Below are positions 8,904 through 17,338 of a stretch of 30,257 nucleotides of DNA, in pieces; the stretch's first letter is position 1; each line of letters begins with the position of its first letter. This DNA comes from Candidatus Odinarchaeota archaeon (GTDB lineage: Archaea; Asgardarchaeota; Odinarchaeia; Odinarchaeales; Odinarchaeaceae). A model generated the notes under the pieces. It searched no databases. It was not told the origin of the DNA and worked only from the letters and a program-made list of their open reading frames with translations. A program made the translations under genes and the position numbers. The stretch spans positions 1 to 30,257 of the forward strand of contig JAWBON010000002.1 of the NCBI GenBank assembly GCA_038826135.1, written 5' to 3'.

Positions 8904-9197
8904 TTACTGCGGTTTCTCCGCTTCAACCTCCTCCATTTCCTCTTCAAGTTCTTCTATTGGAATCGGCGGCGGTGTAGTCATCATCGTATACCCGATCCAC
9001 GCTGCAATAGCCATAATTCCGATAATTGCAAGCCATAATGGTATAGCTAGAGCCCAAAGATAGTTAGCATATAAAGTGTTTCCAAGTGGAAGAACATCAG
9101 GTAATAATGGGACAAGTATAACCCAATACGTGTAGCCTATTATTATTATAACTGCTATTATAAATATTATAGCACCGTATGCTTTGTCCTTAGCCAT
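8904..9197 (-). CDS. Small two-TM membrane protein, DPM2/PIG-P-like
   Basis: 97 aa, two TMs and an acidic tail, with SD GGAGG. Motifs D...G, YT.WVIL.P, A.AIPL and I.Y.M resemble eukaryotic DPM2 and PIG-P (comparison from memory). Confidence 0.7.
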   Translation of the reverse strand: MAKDKAYGAIIFIIAVIIIIGYTYWVILVPLLPDVLPLGNTLYANYLWALAIPLWLAIIGIMAIAAWIGYTMMTTPPPIPIEELEEEMEEVEAEKPQ

Positions 9198-9235
9198 CAG
9201 CTTTCCTCCTGTTGTAGATTACTAAATCACTTACC

Positions 9236-9243
9236 TATATAAA
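9236..9243 (-). promoter_or_regulatory. TATA box (TTTATATA) of the DPM2/PIG-P-like gene
   Basis: Consensus archaeal TATA ~40 nt upstream of ATG 9197. Confidence 0.5.
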
Positions 9244-9315
9244 TGGTTTACGCTTTTAAATTTTTTTTACTATTCAGTTTCGCGTTACAGTCTTACTGGA
9301 CTGTTTAAAAAGATG

Positions 9316-10452
9316 TTAGGCTTTTAAGCTTTTTCTTCTAATCTTAGTCACTAACTTGCTTATACCGGGATCCACTCTGAGACTTAAAGCGTAATAGTAC
9401 GTCAGCCACATTAAGGGAATAGCGTAAAGCGCAGGTGAGAGCAAGTCGCCTGTATTCCCGTATAACTCGCTTTTTATAAAATTATAGGGGGAGATTAAGA
9501 AAATTTTATCTTTTCCAGCGTGTTTTCTCCACATTTTAGTTATGTATTTAACTGTGTTGAGCATAGTCTCACTGGAAAATGAGCTGTGCGGGTTTAGTAA
9601 GATTAACGGTTTTTTAACAGGGTTTTCAGGTTCAAGGGTCTCAATTAAACTGTGTATGAATTCCTCGGTTCTTATAGGGCACGCATCCTGTTTGCACCCT
9701 TCCATGAACATGATCGTGGCTTGTTTCAAAGCTATTAAGTATCTTACACCGTCACCGAGTACATAAAATGTTTCATTTCGATGTTTCATTAATTCTTCAG
9801 CTGTTCTCTTAGACCATTCTATTAATTTAGAGCTTCTAGTAGCCTCTTCGATAAGGTTTGGAAGTTTTTCTCTCTGAATTTTTTTAAGATTAAGCGATTC
9901 AGATGTATCTATAACTGTTAGGAGAAGATCGTTTAGTAAGGCTAATGTGGTTTGAAATGTTGAAGTGGATATTATCGGTTTCTCAGGGTATTTTACGGTA
10001 TGAGTGTTTAATATGATACAGTTGTCGGTCTTCAAATTATATATGGATCCCGGTGACTGTTCTTTAAGGTTAGTCACCCATATTGATAGTTTAATCTTCG
10101 AGCTGAGCTTCTTATAAGCTTGTATAGTGTCATATGTAGCCCCTGACTGTGAGAGAAAAATAACCGCGGTCTCATCATCTAATAACAGGTTTTGCTCACA
10201 CAGGCTCCGTGAATGATAGACTTCAACAGGTTTCTTGGAGAAGTGTCTCCAAACAATTTTTGAAATACACGGTATAATATACTTGTCGCCAGCACCTGTT
10301 AGAATAATATTTGAGCACTCCCTTAGTTTAGCAGCAGCCTCCTCTATTCTATTATCTTCTAAGTGGAAAGTTCTCTTCACGCTCTCCGCTAACGTTAAAA
10401 TATTTTCTTTAAGAGCAAGTGTATCGTACTGTTTTTCTAATTCCCCCCACAA
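9316..10452 (-). CDS. Double-SIS-domain phosphosugar isomerase/deaminase (GlmS C-terminal/GlmD/FrlB-like), without glutaminase domain
   Basis: SQSGATYDT (cf. GlmS SQSGETADT), STSTFQ, MEG...EEFIH and a C-terminal DPGISKLVTK. There is no N-terminal Cys glutaminase domain. Confidence 0.8.
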   Translation of the reverse strand: MWGELEKQYDTLALKENILTLAESVKRTFHLEDNRIEEAAAKLRECSNIILTGAGDKYIIPCISKIVWRHFSKKPVEVYHSRSLCEQNLLLDDETAVIFLSQSGATYDTIQAYKKLSSKIKLSIWVTNLKEQSPGSIYNLKTDNCIILNTHTVKYPEKPIISTSTFQTTLALLNDLLLTVIDTSESLNLKKIQREKLPNLIEEATRSSKLIEWSKRTAEELMKHRNETFYVLGDGVRYLIALKQATIMFMEGCKQDACPIRTEEFIHSLIETLEPENPVKKPLILLNPHSSFSSETMLNTVKYITKMWRKHAGKDKIFLISPYNFIKSELYGNTGDLLSPALYAIPLMWLTYYYALSLRVDPGISKLVTKIRRKSLKA

Positions 10453-10465
10453 TTTAGCACACCTA

Positions 10466-11839
10466 TTAAACAGTTATTTTCTTCATTAACTCCTCTATTA
10501 ATCCAAGACCCCAGTTTGAAAGTTTTTCAGCCTCATTTTTCAAGTCGGATTCAGCGTAGCATCTGATTATAGGCTCTGTTCCAGAAGCTCGGATTAACAC
10601 CCAACCTCTCTCCAGATATATTTTAACACCGTCGGTTGTATCAACTTCATAGTTTTTTAAACTCTCCTTTAACTTGTTTAATAATGTTTCCTTAACACTA
10701 TCTGGGCAATGTATTTTTTTCTTGACTTGATAGTATCTGGGTAGGCTGCTGGTTAACTTTGATAAAGGCTCCCCGGTTTCAGCTAAATATTCTATCATTA
10801 ACATCGCGCCCATCGCACCGTCTCTCACATACTGGTGGGGGGAGTAAAATATGCCGCCGTTCTCTTCCCCGCCTATTATGCCTTCAACTTCTTTCAAAGT
10901 TCTAGCCACTATTACGCTGCCAACCTTTGTTGTTATAAGCCGTCCACCGTACTCTTCAGTAACATCTTTTATCACGTTAGAGGATGCTATCGGAGTTACG
11001 ACTTTTCCTTTTTTAAATTTTGAAAGAGTTTTTATTATTAAAACTGCGAAGCTCCGGTCCCCTGTGATAAAATTGCCTTTATCGTCAACGAAGATAACTC
11101 TATCCGCGTCACCGTCATGAGCGATTCCTATATCCGCCCCTGTTTCTTTAACAGTTTTTTTAAGTAGCGTTAAAGATTCATCTGTGGGTTCGGGGGGTCT
11201 GCCTGGGAAAAACCCGTCTATGCTAGAGTTCACGGTCACCGTCGTGCATCCAGCTAGGCTTGTAAGATAAGGTGTTACAAGCCCTCCAACCCCGTTACCG
11301 GGGTCGACTACAACTTTCAAACCTGCTTTTTTAATCGCAGACACTTTAATCTTACCGAGTATGCTCTCCATATAAAGGTTTAAAACATCATCTCTTCTAT
11401 CAAACCCGCCTACGCTCATCCAATCGGCAGCATTATAATTATTTGAAAAATAAATTTTTTCAATCTCATTTTCCTCAACCGCCTGAACCTCTATACCGTC
11501 ACCGCCTACAACTTTTATACCGTTAAACTCTGGGGGATTATGGGAGGCTGTTACAATGATTGAGCCTTGCATTTCCCACTGTCTTGTAGCGTATTGTACA
11601 GCCGGTGTGGGAGCTAATCCAACATCTACAATGTTAACGCCTGTTGATAATAAGCCGGATATAACCGCGTTTTTTAACATTAAACCACTAACCCGCCCAT
11701 CACAGCCGATGAGGAGAGTGCCTTTTTTAAAATACGTTCCCACAGCTTTACCGATTTTAAGAGCAACTTCAGGTGTCATCTCTATGTTGGCGACACCCCG
11801 TATACCGTTTGTTCCGAATAATCTGCCCAAATTCACCAT
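10466..11839 (-). CDS. glmM: Alpha-D-phosphohexomutase (phosphoglucosamine mutase / PMM-PGM)
   Basis: LFGTNGIRG, phosphoserine motif TASHNP, metal loop DGDADR, sugar loop GEENGG, RASGTEP.IR. Substrate specificity is not determinable from sequence alone. Confidence 0.88.
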   Translation of the reverse strand: MVNLGRLFGTNGIRGVANIEMTPEVALKIGKAVGTYFKKGTLLIGCDGRVSGLMLKNAVISGLLSTGVNIVDVGLAPTPAVQYATRQWEMQGSIIVTASHNPPEFNGIKVVGGDGIEVQAVEENEIEKIYFSNNYNAADWMSVGGFDRRDDVLNLYMESILGKIKVSAIKKAGLKVVVDPGNGVGGLVTPYLTSLAGCTTVTVNSSIDGFFPGRPPEPTDESLTLLKKTVKETGADIGIAHDGDADRVIFVDDKGNFITGDRSFAVLIIKTLSKFKKGKVVTPIASSNVIKDVTEEYGGRLITTKVGSVIVARTLKEVEGIIGGEENGGIFYSPHQYVRDGAMGAMLMIEYLAETGEPLSKLTSSLPRYYQVKKKIHCPDSVKETLLNKLKESLKNYEVDTTDGVKIYLERGWVLIRASGTEPIIRCYAESDLKNEAEKLSNWGLGLIEELMKKITV

Positions 11840-11980
11840 CCTCGAATAAATATTATTGCGATATATTTATAGGTTTTAGATTATAATGTTAGCACTATTA
11901 TAGATAAAATACTACTATAATTATTGTTTGAGAAAAATTTAAATTCTAAAAGTAAATCCATAATTATCGAGGTAGTGTGA

Positions 11981-12376
11981 ATGCCAAGAGAGTTTACGTA
12001 TAGAGGTTCAACCCTTGAAGAATTGCAGAAAATGAGTATGGATCAATTCATAACCTTACTGCCGAGTAGGTATAGAAGGAGTTTAAAAAGAGTTTCTCAG
12101 GAGCAGAAAAAATTCATAGAGAAGATAAGAAAGATAAAATCTTCAGGTAAATCCGGTGTTAAAATAAGAACTCATAATCGTGATGTTGTGATACTTCCTG
12201 AGATGGTTGGTTTAACCATTCACGTTCATAATGGTAAAGAGTTTCTGCCTGTTGAGATCACACCTGACCATATCGGCCACTATCTCGGAGAATTCGCACC
12301 CACATGTAAGAAGGTTGTGCACGGTAATCCTGGTATAGGTGCGACTAAATCGTCACTGTATGTGCCTCTAAAGTAG
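11981..12376 (+). CDS. rpsS: 30S ribosomal protein uS19
   Basis: [48 protein letters not shown]. Confidence 0.97.
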   Translation: MPREFTYRGSTLEELQKMSMDQFITLLPSRYRRSLKRVSQEQKKFIEKIRKIKSSGKSGVKIRTHNRDVVILPEMVGLTIHVHNGKEFLPVEITPDHIGHYLGEFAPTCKKVVHGNPGIGATKSSLYVPLK

Positions 12377-12401
12377 AAATTATGGGTGTGGAAGGAAACC
12401 T

Positions 12402-13184
12402 TTACATAAACGCGAAAAATCTTTTACCGACTTTCTTAACTTGTAACGGATAATTGAAAAGTTCACTTACATTTTCAGAGGTTAAAACATTATTTATTCC
12501 ACCTGATTTTACTATTTCACCATTCTTTAATAGCAAGGTGTGAGTGAAGCTGTTAGGTATTTCTTCAAGATTATGAACAACCAGTATCAGTGTTATATCC
12601 GTTCTCTCCACACTTAATTTATTTATTAGGTTGAGCAGCCGCTCACGGCTTGGTAAATCAAGACCCTGACACGGTTCATCTAAGAGGAGGAGGCTTGGAT
12701 TAGACATTAAAGCTCTGCCGATAAGACATCTCTGCTGCTCCCCTCTGGAGAGTGTATGAAACTCTGCGTCTTTTATTTCAGAGCAATCTAAGAAACTAAT
12801 TATTTTCTCAGCGTAATTTATGTCCTCACTTCCAGGCTTATCGTAAAGCCCGAAGCTGGCGAATTTACCTGATAAAACTGCTTGTAGAAAGCTTATGTTA
12901 CGGGGAATGTATGGTAGAAGGTCGGGTGATATGAAACCTATTTCGCGTCTTAAGCTTCTTAGATCTATTTGCCCGAATAATTTGCCCAGAACTTTAACCG
13001 CTCCATTAGAAGGCCATATGTAACCTGATATAACGTTTAGCAGCGTTGTCTTACCTGAGCCGTTCTCGCCTAGAATAACCCATCTTTCACCAGCTAAAAC
13101 CTTCCAGCATATGTTTTTCAAGATTACCCTGCTATCCCTGATATAATATATGTTTTCAAGTTCTATAACCGGTTCCATAGCCAT
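12402..13184 (-). CDS. ABC ATP-binding protein, ModF/YlmA-like, without adjacent permease
   Basis: Walker A GENGSGKTT, signature LSRGEQQR, Walker B LLLLDE, DLPSRE and H-loop VVH. Confidence 0.9.
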   Translation of the reverse strand: MAMEPVIELENIYYIRDSRVILKNICWKVLAGERWVILGENGSGKTTLLNVISGYIWPSNGAVKVLGKLFGQIDLRSLRREIGFISPDLLPYIPRNISFLQAVLSGKFASFGLYDKPGSEDINYAEKIISFLDCSEIKDAEFHTLSRGEQQRCLIGRALMSNPSLLLLDEPCQGLDLPSRERLLNLINKLSVERTDITLILVVHNLEEIPNSFTHTLLLKNGEIVKSGGINNVLTSENVSELFNYPLQVKKVGKRFFAFM

Positions 13185-13216
13185 TCAAGCACCATGATGA
13201 AAATAGAAAGGTATGG

Positions 13217-13444
13217 TTATGTTATTTCTATAGCTTCAACCGCGCAGCTCTCCGCGCCTTCTCTAGCGCAGTTTTCAAGCTCCTCTTCAACTTCACCTAT
13301 ACTGTTCTCATCCGAATGCTCCTTCAAGTATTTATCTACTATTTTAGATTTCCCCTCTTCATCGCTCTCATAGACTTCTGGGCAAACAGCGTAGCAGGAG
13401 CCGCAGGCTATACATAATTCCCGATTAATTTTTATCCGAACCAT
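13217..13444 (-). CDS. Single-cluster ferredoxin (75 aa)
   Basis: CIACGSC...CPEVY and a distal SCAVEAI. Start moved to ATG 13444 after SD GAGGTG. Confidence 0.9.
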   Translation of the reverse strand: MVRIKINRELCIACGSCYAVCPEVYESDEEGKSKIVDKYLKEHSDENSIGEVEEELENCAREGAESCAVEAIEIT

Positions 13445-13542
13445 TAAAACACCTCTAATAAATGTGGAATTATATGTAATAGTGGAGCGTAACATTTTTA
13501 TATCTTACTATATTCTCTCAATGTAGTCGGATCTGATTTGCT

Positions 13543-13556
13543 GAAAAACTTTTAAA
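13543..13556 (+). promoter_or_regulatory. Putative BRE/TATA promoter of the uL22-to-cmk operon
   Basis: GAAAAA followed by CTTTTAAA, ~65 nt upstream of ATG 13621. Confidence 0.45.
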
Positions 13557-13620
13557 GTTTACCAGCAATCATCGGATATTATAATAGTTGATAGTGAATT
13601 TAATATTCAAGGGTGCTGAT

Positions 13621-14109
13621 ATGCCAAAATTCCGTTATTCCATAATCGGTATAGACCCTGATACTACTGTTAAAGGTAGTGCGCGTGAGGTTCACGCCTC
13701 CCCTAAGGAGACCTTAGAGGTTTGCGCGTCTATTAAAAATATGAGGTTAAGTGATGCTAAAAAATATCTTGAAGAGGTTATTCAGAAGCGTAGGCCTGTA
13801 CCGTTTAGAATTCATAAAAAAAAGGTTCCTCACCGGAAAGGATTATTCAAATGGTATGCTGGCAGGTACCCTGTTAAATCCGCTATGGAGGTTTTAAAGG
13901 TTCTTCAAAACGTTGAAGCTAACGCTGAGGCTAAAGGCCTTGACGTGGACGGGTTGAAAATAATACACGCCGCGGTTCATAAAGGCCGTTATATTAGGAA
14001 AGCTATTCCAAGAGCTTTCGGACGGGCTACTCCATATTATGAAAACTTAATTCATATAGAGATTGTAGCTTCACAGCTAAGTTTAGGTGAAATAGAGGAG
14101 GTCTCATAA
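13621..14109 (+). CDS. rplV: 50S ribosomal protein uL22
   Basis: RPVPFR.HKKKVPHRKG, GRYPVK, RAFGRATP. Start MPKFRYS at 13621. Confidence 0.96.
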   Translation: MPKFRYSIIGIDPDTTVKGSAREVHASPKETLEVCASIKNMRLSDAKKYLEEVIQKRRPVPFRIHKKKVPHRKGLFKWYAGRYPVKSAMEVLKVLQNVEANAEAKGLDVDGLKIIHAAVHKGRYIRKAIPRAFGRATPYYENLIHIEIVASQLSLGEIEEVS

Positions 14110-14110
14110 A

Positions 14111-14887
14111 ATGCCGGCTAAAACCCACTTTGTACAGACAGGCTTACAACACACTGAAATAGATAATTTTTTAGCTAAAGAGTTAAGTAAAGCTGGCTAT
14201 AGTGGTGTTGATGTTCAAAAAACACCTTTAGGAACAAGGGTCATAATATATGCGGATCGCCCTGGCATAGTTATCGGCAGATCTGGGAAGAACGTTAGAG
14301 ATTTAACAGCGGTGCTGGAGGAGAAGTTCGGTCTTGAAAACCCTCAGATAGAGGTGAGCGAATTAGAGGTGCCTGAGCTTAAAGCGCGTGTAGTGGCTAA
14401 CCTATTAGTTCAGAGATTGGAGCGTGGTGATCATTTCCGGAGAGCCGCTTACGCTATTATGAGAAGGGTTATCGCGGCTGGTGCTAAGGGTGTTGAAATA
14501 AAGATTTCCGGTAAACTCTCAAGTGAGAGAGCGAAATACCAGAAGTTTCGTGAAGGGGTTGTATGTAAAGCGGGGGAGCCTTCGATGGTTTTCGTAGATT
14601 ACGCTGCGCTTCAAGCTTATCTTAAACCGGGTGTTCTAGGTGTCCAAGTTAAATTAATGCCTCCCGATGTTGAAATGCCGGATGTTGTTAAAATAAAACC
14701 GCGTGAGGAGCCTATGCCTGTGAAAGAAGGTCTTGAAGTTTATCAGAAAACTGTTGAGGAGGCTAAGGTTGAACAAGCCGGTGAAACAGCTTCAAATACA
14801 GATAATCAAGCTCAAAAAATCTCTGACACCCAACCCCCCTCGGAAGTTAAAGAAGATTCAATAGGTGAAGCGTCTAAGGAGGAGTAG
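14111..14887 (+). CDS. rpsC: 30S ribosomal protein uS3 with acidic C-terminal tail
   Basis: KTPLGTRVIIYADRPGIVIGRSG, FRRAAY, GAKGVEIKISGKL..ERAK. Confidence 0.97.
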   Translation: MPAKTHFVQTGLQHTEIDNFLAKELSKAGYSGVDVQKTPLGTRVIIYADRPGIVIGRSGKNVRDLTAVLEEKFGLENPQIEVSELEVPELKARVVANLLVQRLERGDHFRRAAYAIMRRVIAAGAKGVEIKISGKLSSERAKYQKFREGVVCKAGEPSMVFVDYAALQAYLKPGVLGVQVKLMPPDVEMPDVVKIKPREEPMPVKEGLEVYQKTVEEAKVEQAGETASNTDNQAQKISDTQPPSEVKEDSIGEASKEE

Positions 14888-14889
14888 TT

Positions 14890-15105
14890 TTGGCTATATA
14901 TAGAATGAAGCAAGTCCGCGGTATGTTAGATGAAGAAATTGATAAGAAACTTGAGGAATTGTATGCAGAGTTATCGCAGCAAAGGGTTCTCATAGCAGGT
15001 GGTGGGGCTGTGGAAAACCCTAGTAGAATAAGATTGGTGAGGAGAACAATCGCTAGACTGTTAACAGTTAAAAACGAACGGTTAAAGCAGGGTAGGGCTG
15101 AGTAA
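14890..15105 (+). CDS. rpmC: 50S ribosomal protein uL29
   Basis: ENPSRIRLVRRTIARLLTV, in its canonical position after uS3. Confidence 0.95.
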   Translation: MAIYRMKQVRGMLDEEIDKKLEELYAELSQQRVLIAGGGAVENPSRIRLVRRTIARLLTVKNERLKQGRAE

Positions 15106-15106
15106 A

Positions 15107-15388
15107 ATGGTTGCTGATATTCTTCGAAGCAAACAAGTTTTCACGCTAACAGGTTCTAGAATCAAGGTCTTAGATTCACGGGACTCTAATCTTAAAGGTG
15201 TAAAGGGAACTGTAATAGATGAGACTAAGAACATGATGCTTGTTAAAGAAGGTTGTAGAATGCTGATGATTCCTAAGCGAGTGGTTAAATTATCCGTTCA
15301 ACAAAGAACCGGCCGTTTGATAGTTAACGGCTTTCAACTGATAGGTAAGCCGGAAGATAGGATAAAAAATTATTATTGGAGGGACTAA
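15107..15388 (+). CDS. rnp1: Ribonuclease P protein component 1 (Rpp29/POP4)
   Basis: G..I.V.DS.D..L.G..G.VIDETKN, LIGKPEDRIK. Canonical position before uS17. Confidence 0.92.
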   Translation: MVADILRSKQVFTLTGSRIKVLDSRDSNLKGVKGTVIDETKNMMLVKEGCRMLMIPKRVVKLSVQQRTGRLIVNGFQLIGKPEDRIKNYYWRD

Positions 15389-15391
15389 GCT

Positions 15392-15730
15392 TTGCGTAAC
15401 ATCGGTGTTAAAGTTAACCCGCCTAAAAACATGTGTAAGGATCCTGAATGTCCATTTCACGGTTCTCTGTCAATAAGAGGCAGGATCTTGGAAGGAATAG
15501 TAACCGGTAGGAAAATGATGAAAACCGTTACTGTTAGACGCGACTACCTTTGGTATGTTAAAAAATTTAAAAGATATGAGAGACGCCACACTCAACTGTC
15601 AGCTCATCTACCCGGTTGCATTGAAGTTAAGGAGGGGGATCGGGTGAAAATAGCGGAGTGTCGGCCTATTTCAAAAACCGTTAGTTTCGTTGTAATCGAG
15701 AATATGGAGGATACGGGAAATGGCCAGTAA
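15392..15730 (+). CDS. rpsQ: 30S ribosomal protein uS17
   Basis: RNIG..V.PP...[27 protein letters not shown]. Confidence 0.97.
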   Translation: MRNIGVKVNPPKNMCKDPECPFHGSLSIRGRILEGIVTGRKMMKTVTVRRDYLWYVKKFKRYERRHTQLSAHLPGCIEVKEGDRVKIAECRPISKTVSFVVIENMEDTGNGQ

Positions 15731-16196
15731 ACCAGCTAAAACTCAACCTACGAAGGCAGCTAAAGCCGGCGGTGCTAAGAGGGCTAGGAGGAAAGTGGAA
15801 GTAATACTTAAACCGAAGGTCTCCCGGGGATTATCAACAGGATCATATATAAAATGCGCTGATAACACTGGTGCTAAACTATTGAAAATCATCAGTGTCC
15901 TCGGATATAAGGGTCCTATTAACCGTCTGCCAAACGCGGGAGTCGGCGATATGATCATGGTATCCGTTAAACAGGGCACCCCTGAAATGAGAAGACAAGT
16001 TTTAAACGCGATTATAATCAGACAGAGAAAGCCTTATAGAAGACCCACCGGGGAATGGATTCAATTTGAAGATAATGCGGCTGTTATCACTTCACCTGTA
16101 GGTGAACCTAAAGCATCTGAGATAAGAGGTGCTATGGCATTAGAGGCTGCTAGCAGATGGCCGCGGCTTGCAAGCGCCGCTAGCACGATAGTTTAG
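15720..16196 (+). CDS. rplN: 50S ribosomal protein uL14 with Lys/Ala-rich N-terminal extension
   Basis: [40 protein letters not shown] lies upstream of ATG 15720. Confidence 0.96.
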   Translation: MASKPAKTQPTKAAKAGGAKRARRKVEVILKPKVSRGLSTGSYIKCADNTGAKLLKIISVLGYKGPINRLPNAGVGDMIMVSVKQGTPEMRRQVLNAIIIRQRKPYRRPTGEWIQFEDNAAVITSPVGEPKASEIRGAMALEAASRWPRLASAASTIV

Positions 16197-16208
16197 GAGT
16201 TGAATGTT

Positions 16209-16580
16209 ATGGTATCTAAAAAGCCGTGTAAACAGAGAAAAATACTCTTCACACTCCCAGTTCACAGGCGAGGTAAAATTATGGAAGCGGGTTTGAGCAG
16301 CGAGCTAGCGGAGGATCTGGGTGTTAAAAAACTACCGATAAGGAAAGGAGATAATGTAATAGTCATATCAGGTGAATTTAAGGGCAGTGAAGGAACCGTT
16401 ACAAAGATTGATAGGAAAAACTATACTATACGTGTTAAAGAGTTGACTGTTGAGAAACCAGACGGCGCGGAATATAATGTTCCTTTACACTACTCGAATG
16501 TTATTATAACTAAATTAGAGAAAGATAAGTGGCGCTCTAAGATAATAGAGCGTCGAGCTGTAAAAGGAGGTTCAAGCTGA
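16209..16580 (+). CDS. rplX: 50S ribosomal protein uL24
   Basis: SKKP.KQRK, LPIRKGDNV...G.FKG.EG. Start moved to ATG 16209. Confidence 0.96.
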   Translation: MVSKKPCKQRKILFTLPVHRRGKIMEAGLSSELAEDLGVKKLPIRKGDNVIVISGEFKGSEGTVTKIDRKNYTIRVKELTVEKPDGAEYNVPLHYSNVIITKLEKDKWRSKIIERRAVKGGSS

Positions 16581-17338
16581 TGGGTAAATTAGGGCCTACA
16601 CTTCATCTTAAAAGATTGAACGCCCCGCGATTATGGAAAATACCTCGTAAAATTGTGAAATTCACTGTTAAACCAACACCGGGTCCGCATAAAAAAGGCG
16701 AGTACCTGCCTTTAGGTATAATTATCAGAGATATACTAGGCTACGCTAAAACATTGAAGGAAGTAAGATACATATTATCGAATAAAATGGTTTTAGTGAA
16801 CGGTAAACCCAGAGTAAATTACAGATTCCCCGTAGGTTTAATGGACGTATTAGAGATACCTGAAACAAAAGAGTTTTATCGACTACTAGTTAACAACAAA
16901 GGCTTTATAATTCATCCTATACCTAAAAAAGAAGCGGCTGTAAGATTATGTTATATAATTGATAAAACTAATGTGAAAGGCGGTCATATTCAAATCAATT
17001 TAAACGACGGTTCTAATATTCTGTTAAAAGTTAAGGATCCTAAAAATCCTGTAGAAGATAAATACCAGACTAGGGACGCGCTTCTACTAAGCAACGTGGA
17101 TAATAAGATTAAAGAGCATATCCCATTAAAGGAAGGCACCTACGTTTTAACGGTGGCTGGTAAGAACATGGGATACGCGGGGATTGTTAAAAAAATAGAT
17201 AGGCGTCTCGGACCGTTTGCAAGCGTTGTTACAATTTCAACAGAGAAATACGGGGAGATTCAAACAGCGCTAGAATTTGTTTTCCCCACCGGCTTTGAGA
17301 AACCTTTAATATCTTTACCTGAGGTGTCCGTTGAATGA
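16580..17338 (+). CDS. rps4e: 30S ribosomal protein eS4
   Basis: HLKRLNAP..W.IPRK, PGPH, FPVGLMDV, KGGHIQINL.DG.N. Confidence 0.97.
   Translation: MGKLGPTLHLKRLNAPRLWKIPRKIVKFTVKPTPGPHKKGEYLPLGIIIRDILGYAKTLKEVRYILSNKMVLVNGKPRVNYRFPVGLMDVLEIPETKEFYRLLVNNKGFIIHPIPKKEAAVRLCYIIDKTNVKGGHIQINLNDGSNILLKVKDPKNPVEDKYQTRDALLLSNVDNKIKEHIPLKEGTYVLTVAGKNMGYAGIVKKIDRRLGPFASVVTISTEKYGEIQTALEFVFPTGFEKPLISLPEVSVE

Noticed and set aside
9287-9304. 6-bp inverted repeat ACAGTC/GACTGT after the SIS gene
   Set aside because: A weak stem with no U-tract on the coding strand, so there is too little to call a terminator.
7798-11849. Short ORFs overlapping gatD, the SIS gene and glmM (7798, 8073, 9542, 10235, 10835, 10851, 11556)
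   Set aside because: They overlap well-supported genes (fully or almost fully) in another frame or strand and show no coding signals.
15105-15107. Absence of the aIF1/SUI1 gene between uL29 and Rpp29
   Set aside because: This position is variable among archaea and is not informative alone.
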